Source of the DNA: Sporopachydermia quercuum
Lineage: Eukaryota
NCBI GenBank assembly: GCA_001599295.1
Contig: BCGN01000002.1
Location: forward strand, 496,001 to 560,000
Direction of reading: 5' to 3'
DNA length: 64,000 nucleotides
Shown: piece by piece, positions 50,501 to 61,900 of the stretch
Layout of the letters: the number at the start of each line of letters is the position of its first letter
How positions within the stretch are numbered: position 1 is the first letter of the stretch
Translations under genes and position numbers: made by a program
The notes under the pieces: generated by a model
Database searches by the model: none
Seen by the model: only the letters and a program-made list of their open reading frames with translations
What the model was told of the DNA's origin: nothing

Positions 50501-51289
50501 AGAGCTATCATGACTATCACCAGCAATAACACTGTTCTCCTTGCCATAGGAAACATTATCTGTAATACTACTAATAACAATACCAATAGCAGAAACTCCA
50601 CTGAGAGCACTCCTTTCAACATTATTCATATCATCACCATTAGTACTTGTATCAATATCTCCTTTATTAAGGGTTGCTTCAGTTCTTTTTATTCTACTTT
50701 TTTCTTCTTCGCTANTTTCGTTCCCTCCATTGCTACATTTTTCAGCTGGCGCTAACCCGAAACCTCTGGTGGCACTTTGTCCTTCATTCGAACTACTTGA
50801 ATCATTTGCTTCTCCTGATCCTTTTAATCTTTTTGAACTTGCTAATCGAATTGTAGTTCTAGGTATGCTTTCTTGGTATTCGGAACTTCTAATCAACTCT
50901 TGTTGATCTTCAAGTTCAGACTTGTTGTTGGTATTATAAATACTATGAGAGTTAGTAGTACAATTTGAAACTCTGTGAGATCCATATGTATGCTCCGGAT
51001 TGTTGTGGATGTCATTAATGTTAATTATCGACTGACCTGCTGATATTATGGTTGAGGTTGAAACACTAATGGAATTCCTACCAACATTAATTTCTCCTTC
51101 CTCACTGACAATAATTCCATTGTCACTATTTGATCCTATAGTAGCAATGGTCTCCTTACATCTGATGTTACTATTATTCTCATTGGCTGTACCAGCAACA
51201 TTCCCATACACTCCAAGACTATGATATAACACTATCAAACACCAAACAAGCCAGCCGACTTTCTTACAATAAATAACGAAGTAAACCAT
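47588..51289 (-). CDS. SLP1: Mid-SUN domain ER membrane protein with large low-complexity expansions
   Basis: FISFDDWK, ERFNYASIDCAATIVKSN, KDIYMLNEC, GNFEFFSSMF, WARYLRVEFLEHYGSEFYCPVSLLRVYGKTMMEEF, TQESIYKKIMNRL; C-terminal TM. Confidence 0.9.
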   Translation of the reverse strand: MVYFVIYCKKVGWLVWCLIVLYHSLGVYGNVAGTANENNSNIRCKETIATIGSNSDNGIIVSEEGEINVGRNSISVSTSTIISAGQSIININDIHNNPEHTYGSHRVSNCTTNSHSIYNTNNKSELEDQQELIRSSEYQESIPRTTIRLASSKRLKGSGEANDSSSSNEGQSATRGFGLAPAEKCSNGGNEXSEEEKSRIKRTEATLNKGDIDTSTNGDDMNNVERSALSGVSAIGIVISSITDNVSYGKENSVIAGDSHDSSSGSINDNVNKDPTIIVDGNTDYSSIVIDAISSVSTSVNDDIIEVDSFSRDINTIVDKSNNNDNSKSSINNNINNNMINDNVNTINHTIGTSRVSNNPSIVRNPIDMIIEPETENTEDSQQIEASILSKQXRISIKPETAEIDAKIDAEMNEDSVAESSIKIAEDTSKTTKQTVAEIQASTDINSPITSTSTTNIPIVTLPNQSVNALSKTLFQQDINTIIESIDNESPLSPSKTTTTTTLSLSSSAGIIEEDLLYFDSSPQFISFDDWKRNKLKELGQDDQFNNNNNNNNNNINSVNRNNNQRTSDEPVGEDLEIDIGFFSSGSDLPESNPEPEGKLYAERFNYASIDCAATIVKSNKEASKANAILTENKDIYMLNECSVKNKYVIVEMCNDILVETVVIGNFEFFSSMFKTIRISVADRFPTSSNNINXNKKNSDDSKTGTDSGWRILGEFQAENKRNLQYFQIANPLIWARYLRVEFLEHYGSEFYCPVSLLRVYGKTMMEEFRDQKEGKEAKEKGVTEESIGSGIGSTSGSGNIELSEVDPKYPSLTPLNESSIMNEILLDPSFETEFEIGMIDPFLAAMTKYLESSICNNNQCNDNNINDNYNNNNNNCNNDNINDGCIEVNGIIGCSDKNKNKLTESEDDNNYHNYNINYNSTSNPNSSPNPDGNPSIDYDSSSGSVSTQESIYKKIMNRLSFLESNASLTFQYFHERAKFAEDALGKFDKRQNKILLSLIKGLNGTVVKEIDELKFLYTEMRREMFTELNREQRKLQGYIQESSGRISELNSAVRMLRVLEVVLVLFLGIVVFVVVGVLYVFSEESEESGANGKMVSGARKKYSTFRGFGRNKVNTFMAFSPILTTGGSGSRSATSGASPISSGDEFDEESSNKLIDLVKELQEKKQENGKGSGGTQSGSQVRAKSQNGNRVEVDNDLDSLNLKSEEEAGNESPSNLVYNLNRGNNSSNTSLP

Positions 51290-52612
51290 TTGATGATTGT
51301 TCTTCTAATTTATCCTGTAATCAAATGAAGTAATTTTCATTGATTTCGTAAAACTAATTCTTCCATTCATTCGATTATCGTCTACCAGCTACCATTACAT
51401 CAAAATTCTAGTTTTTGTATTGGTTTTTCATTTGCAAATTTCTTTGTTTGAAGTAGAAAGCTCACTTGACGATANTCAATCTACTTATAAGTTAGTTCAT
51501 CAAATAGTTGGTTCTAGTTGGTTTTATTCGCTCTTTTAGCATATTTCTTTATTGGGGTGTTGATATATATGTCGGTTATATATGAATTACTGTATTATTA
51601 GAATCACCAAATGAACAGGAATAATACTGATAATTGACAGTTAGTTATCACCAAACGCAGGCGATTGTCTACAACCAATAATCACAGCCTTCTTAACAAT
51701 TCGGTGAACCTTCAATTCTTTCAGTTCCTTTAAAATTATCTTATTTCCCCACCAATTAATCAACCAGATAGCAATCAGTAGATCTGATTCACAATCAACC
51801 AACCCAACAGACTATCCAATCAGGTAGGCATCAAATGGTTGAGTAGTTTAACTTGAACTGATGCAATTTCAATCGTTCTCTAAACCTTCAGTTTTAGTAA
51901 ATGTTCGACACTTCAAGTATTTAATAAGCTTTTAATTTATATACAATTATGCGTTCAATTTATATTATCACCAAATATATAGGTGAATAATAACGATAGT
52001 AATGATAAGCATGCAGTATTACAACAGCTTTGTGACGATCTAATTCGTTCGCGAACAGCCGAAATTATCATCAACATATGTAATTAGATTTTGTAGTTNC
52101 ATGAGACAAAGTTAATAATGGATTTGTGGTGGCACATCATCATCACTAACGCTGGGGAGAGGGCTTCGAGAGGTGTCCAAAATATGTAGATTATATAATC
52201 AAGAATTGATAAAGAATGATTATAGGAGGAATTGCAGTGTTAAAACTGCAAAAATAAATATTGAATTAGCAATTGAGGTTCCTAAAAGGTGTTGAAATAC
52301 TGATTCTTGAATGTATAGTATTCAAATTTGAAAATAAGCGGTGGAAGTGATGGAAAACCATAGAATTACATTTTAAGTGAATACAAAGGATAGTTTCCGT
52401 TGTATACATCTCGGATATCACAGACTGAAAAGGTGAAAATAACGGAAATTATAGATACTTGCAAGGCTTACAATATATTTCGGAATTATGGTTATTAATA
52501 TTACAAATTAGTGCCGGAATAGACAACTATCATATCCGTATTTGGATATTCCACTATATATTACATGCTCCATTATGTTCATGGTTGCCGCTATTTACCT
52601 TCCGTTTAGTCC

Positions 52613-55600
52613 CTAAAACTTCAACTTTAGTTTAACCTTCTTCCCGGTCGATGTTTTCAAATCTTTCTCTTTTTCTTTCTCCGTCTTTTTCTCCGTTTTT
52701 TTCTCCGTTTTTTTCTCCGTTTTTTTCTTCTTCTTTGAGCCTAGACTTAAAGATATCTTCGGTAAATCAGTACCGGTCTGTTCTGGTCCATCTTCCAAGC
52801 TTTGAATCACCTTTGTACTAATTTTAAGACGTTTCGGGGCAGGTGCGGTTTCTGTTCCACCTATGGTTCCGTAGATTGCCATTAAAGTTTCGTATTCATC
52901 ACTTAATTTCGGCAATTCGGAATTGCTAACCTCCACAAATTTCATTTTCAGTGAAATCGTCACGTGGACCGGATTCTTACTGTTAAACTTTGTCCCAGGA
53001 ACTATCCCTCCCGTTCTGATCTCTTTAACCGTCTCAGCGCCACTATTATTACTAACGGGCGGCAACTTTATATTAGCCAATTGAATCTTAAACCTTCCTT
53101 GCCGTTTAATGACTACCCCGCTGAACCCCTCTCGTTTAGCCACAACTTTTTTGGTATCCATAGCGGGAAGGATAACCGGTAAAGTGTCCCGAGGGGTGAC
53201 AACGACAGCTAGAATGTCTAAAAGATCCCGTTTATCTACTGGGGAAAAACATGGAGATAACGTGGCTTTCCAGATCTCCTTTCTAACGTATTCATTGTCT
53301 CCGTATTCGGATCTAAATGCGACTAAAGCACCCAAAAGGGAAGCTCGGGCTAGCTGGTCCTTTCTGGCAGTCATTCTTCCCGATTCGGAAGGTTTCTCCT
53401 CTATAATTAACCGTCCGGTTGGGATCACAGAGCTTAAATTAGTGTCATTGATCTCTTCATAACTAGCTAAATTATACGCTTTGGGAAGTTCGGACAACGC
53501 TAGCTGCCCGATTGATCGGGTCATAAAGTGCAAAAGCTTATTCTTCATACTAGGCGCGGGATCAAGTATTGCCATAGTAAACGCATAGTGCAATAGCTCC
53601 GATTGGGCAAATCTTCCTAATGAGAAAATCCCTTCAAAGGCTATACCCCGCACTTCAACCGAATACTGCGGGGTAGTGTAATGGACAAGTTCCGAAAAGG
53701 ATATCGGGACAACTCCGTGCCGAGCCAATCGGATCCTTTCTCGGAGACAGATAAATGTCAATACGTTTTGATAAGAGGGTAATAGTTTGTCCATCCGTTG
53801 GATCTTCTTGATTTCGTTGATAACAGCGGTAATTACTCCTAATTTGGACAAATACTCCGGTGTCTTATCGGCAGTTTCTAGATCGGTCAGTGATATCGGC
53901 TCATTCGTCTCATTCGGAAGCTGTCCCATTTCCCTCTGTTNCACCTTTACCTCCCGAACTTCCCAGTCATTGTCATTGTCATTGTCCNGAATAACATCTG
54001 CCAGAAATTCGTCCAGTGTCCCCTTGTCGGAACCAAGTAAACTGTTAACTAACGCAACAATCAAATTTCCCACATAAAAGCAATCATCAAAATCATTAGT
54101 TCCGTTCTCATTATAGCGAAGAATGTCGAGAAGAAACTTCTGGACTTCTTCCGGACATTTACCATCTTGATTCCGAATGATGGATAAGGCAATAGGAATC
54201 GCTTTTTGGATGAACAGCCGTTGAAAATCCGAGAAATCGTTGGGCATGGGAATTGCCGAGTTTTTATAGCAAAACAAAGTTCGGAATGCTTTTAATAAAT
54301 GCCACATTCCGATAAATCCCGCTTCTTCTTTGCCGAAATGGGCTAATGCCATTGCTGCTTCCACCCGAATGCCATAGAAATATCGAGAATCCATGACTGT
54401 TCGGATAAGTAATGTAGAATAAAGCGGAGTAGGCCGAGTGTCCGAAAAGTACTTTATACTTTCATACTGTGCCACAACGTCCCGATCTTGTTGTAATTGT
54501 GAGGCAAACATATAATCCGGTTGGTTAATAAATATGCGGCAAATCCATTCAAAATCGGCATCAAGTCTGAGCCATTCAAACGCCTCATTCATCATCCGAT
54601 CTTCTTCATCTTTGCCCCAATCGGCAAGACGCCACTCAGACATTTCCGCATCCGATTGTAGTACATCTCCGAGACAATGCAACAAGACTCCCATTTCATT
54701 ACTATTTCCGGAATTCCCGGTAGGGTTGTTATTATTTCCAAGATTGCTGCTGATATTGGCACCAATGTCCGTTATTCCGGCTTGAGCAGCTAATGCTTTA
54801 TCGGACAACGCCATATCCACTTTCTCCTTTTGCCGTTGATTCTTCCGAAGCTTTTTGTACTTTGTGTTATACTGAATATCCAGTTTTGTAAACGCCTCTT
54901 TAAGGTTCACTATATGCTCATACGGAGTTCCGTCCGCTTCGTGGATTCGGATAGTCATAGGGCCTACAAATGTGGTGTTTGATCCGACTCCGGCTCCGGG
55001 TTCATTTGAGCCGGAGATGTCGGGTAAATCGGAGCCGGCATTATCCGAACCTAATTCTCCGTTTGCACCATTTATGCCAACTCCAGCTGTTCCATTTACT
55101 CCGATTTGCTCCCAAATATCCGAATTCTCGGCATTGCTCCTAATATCATTAACAAATCCTTCATATCTCAACACAGAGCCCCGCATCTCTTGGCTTTGTA
55201 CTTGCCGAATGCCCATCTCAATGAACATCCGTTTCTTATTGAACCTTTGTGTAACCCGAAATATTGGATAGCCTGANCCAAACACCCACTGTTCGAAAAA
55301 AGTGTCCATCTTAGCATGAGCCACTTTTTCACACAACCGGATAAAATGCGGGGTGGATATCCCGCTATTGTCTAAATCTCCCGACATTGCTTGTATGAAA
55401 ATTTTCGGAATAACTCGGAGCAGTCCAAACGAGCGATCCGTCTTTGTCATTCGTCGATCTAATATAAATAATACTACTGGAGCTTTAAGTTTGACAAATC
55501 CTACTTCGGGATCTCGGTCCACAATCGGAAAGTTCCAGTTTTGGTAATAAAGGGGAAGCTTATTTATATCCTCGTCACAAATCCGATCCGCCATCCGTCT

Positions 55601-57313
55601 CATCCGATACCGATGCTCATTATTGCCCATTAGGTGTTTTAAAGCTAAGTTAGTCATGAACCCCGAGATACCGATAGTCAGCCATAAATCGGAATAACTT
55701 TTCGGGATCACGTGAACACCCGACCATTGATGAGCCACTGCGTCGATTAAAGTCTCCGTTACCGAAAACAGAGGTTCAATATGCTCAGGACCAAATAATA
55801 GCTTTGTGGAACATATACAGAGCCCCGCGGTGACTGAAATTGGAGAGGGGATGTCTTCCACAAAACAGAAAGTTAATCCTGGAAAGGGAAACATACCGAC
55901 TTCAGATGAAAAAAGATTAATTGCCTGGTATAAAGGTGCAGTTGTGTTCCGGGCTAGCTTTATATGGTGGGGCATACTGTAGATAACACTTGGAACCGAT
56001 CCGGACTCATCCGATGCTTCTTCTTCGGGCTTTTCTTGCAAATCTGGTAACCCGGTTTGTTGGAATGACCCGACAGCAAACCCAACATGCTGGGCAAGCA
56101 CAGGCGTGAAAATGCCGAAGGAAATAATCTTTTTAGACGGGTCCATTGGATGGGCGATTTCCTTGAAGTTGGGATCCGCACAAGCCACGGATAGTTCCGC
56201 CTCTGTGTCATCAGTGGAATCAGGTACGAATGAGCCGGATGGGTCCGGTGTTTTAGCGGTTTTCGATTTCCTGCCTGCAGACCGGGATTTCCTACCATCA
56301 TTTCCGGTTTCGCCGTCATAGTCGTCGTCAACATCATCATAATCATCTCCACTTTCTGCAATTACATTTAGTGTACCACTTTCTCCAATTTCTGCCCCTC
56401 CCCCTCTTAATTCCTCTTCGATCCACCTCCAATCGGTACCAATCAGCCGAGGATTTCCGATATCTCCAACGGTTTTCGGAATAATCACCTCAAATTGCCA
56501 AGTGCATCGTTCTTGCATGTTGTCCACACATGGAACCCAGCAACTAGTAGATAAACCCAATGCATAGTTGCATGTATATGCATGCCACAGGTTTTTAGAA
56601 ATACATGTTGATGCTCCAGTTCCGGATCCAATTCCAGTTTCGACTGTCCGATATCCTCCATAGAAGCAGAAGCCGAGGTTCGGATTTCGGACGGTGTATT
56701 CTATTCGAACAACAAACGCTGTATAAACTTGGGACACTTTCTGATCATGGATTTGACCCGGAGTATTGAAGCTTCGGACTGAAGGTTCTGCAGGCGAATT
56801 GATAGAAGAAGACGGAATGGCAAACTTCTCAGATAATGATCCGAGATCTAGAGGTTTGAGTTTCAAAAAGTCGGGCAAATCAATCCGAAGTTCACCCGAA
56901 CTTTCCCCTCGGAACAAATGGCCCAGTTTTTGTTTATACTGCCGATGTTGCTGAGCACTTGACTCTGGAAACATAGGAGAGAATGACAAATTGGGGAATA
57001 ACCCCGGATCTTTCAACGGATCGTTGAATCGGTAATTGACTTTGCGGTTGTTTATTAGCACGTCATGAATTTCCATTTGACGGCAGTCAAGATTTATGTG
57101 TTTTATTCGGTTATCAGTTGGAACTATTGTGATTTCAGTGTACCCGGATAAAATGCAATTCATTAAGTCAACATCTAAGGAAACTTTCTGATTGTACACT
57201 TTGAATTTTAGGTCTGGGGCAGGAATTCTAGAGGGGTTCGGATGAGATTTGAGGGCTAACGGCGTACCCGCGGAAGATGGTATATCTAAAATCAATGAAG
57301 TAGTGGAAGGCAT
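52613..57313 (-). CDS. TAF2: TFIID subunit 2
   Basis: WVPCVD...CTWQFE, KLKAPVVLFILDRRMTK, GPMTIRIHEADGTPYEH, EWLRLDADFEW, QLQQDRDVVAQ, RYFYGIRVEAA. Confidence 0.96.
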   Translation of the reverse strand: MPSTTSLILDIPSSAGTPLALKSHPNPSRIPAPDLKFKVYNQKVSLDVDLMNCILSGYTEITIVPTDNRIKHINLDCRQMEIHDVLINNRKVNYRFNDPLKDPGLFPNLSFSPMFPESSAQQHRQYKQKLGHLFRGESSGELRIDLPDFLKLKPLDLGSLSEKFAIPSSSINSPAEPSVRSFNTPGQIHDQKVSQVYTAFVVRIEYTVRNPNLGFCFYGGYRTVETGIGSGTGASTCISKNLWHAYTCNYALGLSTSCWVPCVDNMQERCTWQFEVIIPKTVGDIGNPRLIGTDWRWIEEELRGGGAEIGESGTLNVIAESGDDYDDVDDDYDGETGNDGRKSRSAGRKSKTAKTPDPSGSFVPDSTDDTEAELSVACADPNFKEIAHPMDPSKKIISFGIFTPVLAQHVGFAVGSFQQTGLPDLQEKPEEEASDESGSVPSVIYSMPHHIKLARNTTAPLYQAINLFSSEVGMFPFPGLTFCFVEDIPSPISVTAGLCICSTKLLFGPEHIEPLFSVTETLIDAVAHQWSGVHVIPKSYSDLWLTIGISGFMTNLALKHLMGNNEHRYRMRRMADRICDEDINKLPLYYQNWNFPIVDRDPEVGFVKLKAPVVLFILDRRMTKTDRSFGLLRVIPKIFIQAMSGDLDNSGISTPHFIRLCEKVAHAKMDTFFEQWVFXSGYPIFRVTQRFNKKRMFIEMGIRQVQSQEMRGSVLRYEGFVNDIRSNAENSDIWEQIGVNGTAGVGINGANGELGSDNAGSDLPDISGSNEPGAGVGSNTTFVGPMTIRIHEADGTPYEHIVNLKEAFTKLDIQYNTKYKKLRKNQRQKEKVDMALSDKALAAQAGITDIGANISSNLGNNNNPTGNSGNSNEMGVLLHCLGDVLQSDAEMSEWRLADWGKDEEDRMMNEAFEWLRLDADFEWICRIFINQPDYMFASQLQQDRDVVAQYESIKYFSDTRPTPLYSTLLIRTVMDSRYFYGIRVEAAMALAHFGKEEAGFIGMWHLLKAFRTLFCYKNSAIPMPNDFSDFQRLFIQKAIPIALSIIRNQDGKCPEEVQKFLLDILRYNENGTNDFDDCFYVGNLIVALVNSLLGSDKGTLDEFLADVIXDNDNDNDWEVREVKVXQREMGQLPNETNEPISLTDLETADKTPEYLSKLGVITAVINEIKKIQRMDKLLPSYQNVLTFICLRERIRLARHGVVPISFSELVHYTTPQYSVEVRGIAFEGIFSLGRFAQSELLHYAFTMAILDPAPSMKNKLLHFMTRSIGQLALSELPKAYNLASYEEINDTNLSSVIPTGRLIIEEKPSESGRMTARKDQLARASLLGALVAFRSEYGDNEYVRKEIWKATLSPCFSPVDKRDLLDILAVVVTPRDTLPVILPAMDTKKVVAKREGFSGVVIKRQGRFKIQLANIKLPPVSNNSGAETVKEIRTGGIVPGTKFNSKNPVHVTISLKMKFVEVSNSELPKLSDEYETLMAIYGTIGGTETAPAPKRLKISTKVIQSLEDGPEQTGTDLPKISLSLGSKKKKKTEKKTEKKTEKKTEKEKEKDLKTSTGKKVKLKLKF
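52677..52726. repeat. 12-bp tandem repeat (about 4 copies) encoding KKTE in the TAF2 tail
   Basis: (ttctccgttttt)n translates to KKTEKKTEKKTEKKTEK. Confidence 0.9.
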
Positions 57314-58997
57314 TATACGTGACTTATGGTTTTGGCTCTTTGGAAACGGGAAACCTCAGTTTGAGGGGGTTAGAAAGCGGACGCAAGTTTTCGGGATGTT
57401 TGAGGAGTAATTTCAGAAAAGAAACAAGATTTCTGCCTGGATCTTGGGTTGTGGTTCCGAAGTGATTAGCCGAAGCGCCGTTAAATCAGGTGGGNTGCCA
57501 GTTGACAATTGAGGTAGAACAACAAGCCGAAAAAGGCTATGTGAAATGCTGATAGTTTCCTAATTCAGTAAACCACACGATTTTATTGCCAGGTTAGATT
57601 TTGTATACTCCAAAGTAGGTTCCAATGCGGAATATCTATCGTTTTCATAGTTCCGTTCCGAAGTTCATGTTGCAAAAGGCTTGATACTGAATCAAAAGCT
57701 GAGAGGTGATGGTTACAGTGANTGTCTTATAATAGGGGNTACAAATTTGAGTTGGGAAGAAGCGGATATGATACTGCCTTGCATAAATGGGTGTAGCAGT
57801 TTCCGAAAATAGATTTTGTATGAGTATCTTCTCCGGTATAGTGNAATTTGTGAAACATACGGAAATGATGTGAGAAATGGATGTATCTGGGTTGATGGTA
57901 TGCTCCGGTTTAAATGAATATTTTAGCATACAAGCTATTCTGAATAGAAGGTTAAGATAAGAATACTTTGATTCTTCAATTTCTGCATTAAATTTGGCTT
58001 TTCTCGACAGAGTTTGTTCTACTGCTAAACAACACACAGTGTCTAAAATAACAGCTGAATTTGCAACCATATCCATCAGAACTACTACATCAATATTACA
58101 GTTATAAAAAGATTTTTATTTGCTCTAATATAATAATACTTTACTATAAGTTCTAATAATACCGATTCTTTAGATAATATCATAGCCCTCTTCTGTTAAT
58201 ATTTTCTGTCATTTATCACGCCTTCACTAATAATAACCGGAACTAAATTTTTTATGTCCCATTTCATATACTCATACACGTTCCGCTTCGAGATTTTTTC
58301 TTCGTCCAATAACAGGTGCAATTGTACAACACAAACAACTCCATTTTGTACCATTGTCTGGTGACAAGTGTACGAACACTCCCACAGTCCTTTATTATTC
58401 TCCTATTTCTTCTCCTTCTACTTCTATTTTACACGCTTTTTATATTATATTATGATGATGTATAAGGAGATTTAATGCAAAAGACCATTAAAGGGCTCTA
58501 GATTGATAGCCAGCTGGAAGTATTGCGTGCAGAACGAAGATCCACGTGTTTTTGGGTCGTAGTTGTGTGGATGTTAGCTGGTTGATACGGACAGTGTGGA
58601 ATACAGGTCTAGGAAGTGAATAAAGTGCTCAGGGAAAGATAGTTGAGCTGGTTATTTATATCAATAGTGTCTAGGGAGGTTAAACATCTGTCTTGAAGGT
58701 GATATTGTTGGTCACCATCTGAGTTTTGAAGGCAAAAGATAGAATTTGCTGTGTGATTCATTTGGCGGACTGATGACAGATTGATAACAAGACGATCTAA
58801 TTGCGCATTTACGGAGANCAAATTATTAGACACGGTCCGAAGATTAAGAGGATTATTTTATTAGTACTCAGTCTTCTACTTCTTAAATGTACTAATTGTT
58901 ACAACAGAAGAAGAAAGGTTGAATATATATCGGAGATAATAATCCAAACATAGGAAACTATACACATTTTTTCGGAAACAATAACAATATTTTGGAA

Positions 58998-61900
58998 ATG
59001 ATGAACTATATTAGGAGTAAAACGATGGCTACATCGCAGTCAGCTACATCCAATTCTAATTCCGGAAGTGATATTACTGCAACTGCAGCAAACGGGATAA
59101 GTGGAGCAAACGGATTTACACATTTTTCTTCTTCTCTGCCATCGGAATCCGATTCTGCGGCAGACTCGACGGCTTCTTCGGCTTCGGCAGCCCCTGGGAA
59201 TCTTCTTCTTCTGAGATTCCTTCAATCCGAGCATTTTACACCTTTTCTTTGCATTGCATACCTTGAACGCTATGCGTCAAACATTGGAATCCATGCTTAT
59301 CTGTGCAAGAAATTCAGAACATATAATTATAGCGACATTGAATTCTTCATACCGCAATTAATTCAAATTCTTGTAACAGTTGAAACTGAAAGCCTGGCTT
59401 TGGAAGACTTAGTCATTGATTTATGTACGCAACATCCTCATTATACATTACTAACATTCTGGCAACTGCAGGCGCATATTCAAGATTTAGCATTTGATCC
59501 ACAGTCATATGGATTTCAAATAGCCAGAAGGATTCTGAATAAGCTCCAGTACATTCTCTTCAATGTGGGGACCCCACCATCGGCACGATTTCGAGAAAAC
59601 ACATTCCCCGCAATTATAGCATCGGCAGCAATAGCGGGAGCAATAGGAGTTCCGCAACTTAGTGAGTATATTGGACCATTAGCCAAATCACAAGGAAGGA
59701 AACAACGGTCTTTTGTGTTTCAAATTGCATCAAGTGCGGGAAAAACTTTATCTAGAAAACGTAGATCCTCATCTACACCTACCCCACTTTCGGGAGGGGT
59801 TTCAAGGGGGAATACCGATGAATCATTGGGTCTGCAACAACTAGATTTAGCTGGAAGCGCGGATATAAGTATAAATACTCGATATATTTCTCAACCGAGC
59901 ACTCCAATATTAGAATCAACCAGTGGGATCGGAAGCCCATCGGGTCGCGTAAGAAATAGGTCTGGTAGCAGAAGTACGCTTGATGGAGCTGAATGTGATG
60001 ACCCAAATCGTAATGGTTCTTCCGAGACCGATTTTGATTTAGATGAAGGCGGAGAAACCGAACCGGATTTCGATGATGAAGCCCAGATCGACGGATATGG
60101 CCTAGATGATACCAGTATCGCCGGTAGAATTTCTTCTCAGTTCCGAAGGCCACTTATATACGAACAAGACGGAGAAGTTTCTGCTTCAATGCCGGAACTT
60201 AATATAGCCAAGACTCGCGGTAATAGTTTTCGCCCTCGGCATCAAAAAACCTTTTCGACATCTTCCGGATCAGGAATTGGATTAGATGCCCAATTAAGTA
60301 ATAATATTGGAACTGGAACCAGATCAAGTATCCGTCGGAGCATCCGGAACCATAAGCGAATGCTTAATTTAATGAAAATGCCACTACAACAAAAAATCAA
60401 AGAACTGAAAACTAACTACTTCCGCTGTGGAACGCAATTTGCTATTGCTTTACAGTCAATTTCAGTCCGGTTGTCCCAAGTTCCGAAAGACGCTCGGTTA
60501 TCTGCTCTCCGAGCCGAAATCGCAATGCTGAATACGGATTTACCCGCAGAGGTGGACATTCCTAGTCTTATGCCACCAAATAAACCGGGCAAACTGCACC
60601 GAATTGTCCGGATTGCCCCTGGTGAAACTACTGTTCTGAACTCGGCTGAGCGGGTCCCCTTCTTACTTTTTATTGAGTATCTTCGGGACGATTTGGACTT
60701 TGAACCGTCCAGTGAGAAAAATAAACCAGTGCTACTCCGAGAAAGGGACAGGACATATGTTTTCGATGTGGGATATAAGACAGGGAAGAATACAAACGCT
60801 TTTTTTGCGTCTGAAAGCAAAAATCAAGAGAATGGTGGGTACACAGAGACGGGGAAGCAAACGGGACTAGAAGCCGAGGCTGACTTAGGAGATTTGAGTA
60901 ATATTCAAGGGCATGTCACGTCCACTGAGTTAATGAGGAAAGATGTGTTTGTGGCCATGACTTCAAGTGTACCTCGGATAGCAGAACCAGGTAATTCTAC
61001 TTTTAATTCTACATCCGAAAATATCCCGCAATCCAACTACGAACTCCAGCATCAAGAGCCCCACAGAGACTCTGTGTCTTATTTCCCCTCTCTCGACTCC
61101 CCTAGGGTATCAGAATTAAGCTTTTCCTCAACTTATCAACTACCTGCGGCTCCCGGAACGTTTACAAATGCAACAGATTTAGCAACCCATATGCGAATCG
61201 CAGCTATTATGTTAAACCAACTTGAGACCGGGTCAGCCGGGTTTTCCCCCGATGGAATTCCCGGTGCCGGGTCGGGTTCGGGCATGGGATCCAATGAATC
61301 AGGCTCNGGAACTGGAGGTCCTAAGCTATCCAATGATGAAATTGCATCGATCAGAGCTAAAATCATTGCTAATATGAAAAGCATGCAAGATCATGCAGTA
61401 TTAATTGGAAAAGGAAACTTGGCATCTGATAACCGAGCATTAATGTATTCCGGAGAAGCGGGACAACGGAAGCTTGAAAACGACTTGAAAACTGGAGGAA
61501 TGTTACCTAGCGCTGGTGAATCGGAACTAGGAGTCGGATTAAACAAATCGGGAACCGGAAGTGGAACCGGATTGAAAGCCAAATCGGGTTCGTTATCCGG
61601 ATACATGGGAGAAGACTGGGAAACTAAAAAAGATCGGATCCGGTCGGAATCACCATTTGGGAAAGAGGAAAACTGGGAGCTGTTCTCTGTTATTGCAAAA
61701 ACCGGAGACGATTTAAGACAAGAAGCATTCGCTTGTCAATTGATCCAAGCTATCAGCAACTCATGGGATGCTCATTCCATTAACGTTTGGGTAAAAAAGA
61801 TGAAAATACTCATCACAAGTGCAAATACGGGGCTGGTGGAAACAATTGTTGATGCTCCAAGCATTCATTCATTGAAAAAAGCATTAACAGCAGCTAGAAT

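Noticed and set aside
57645..58076. 143-aa ORF between TAF2 and PIK1
   Set aside because: No motif or codon bias, several Ns, and it lies in the divergent promoter region; probably spurious.
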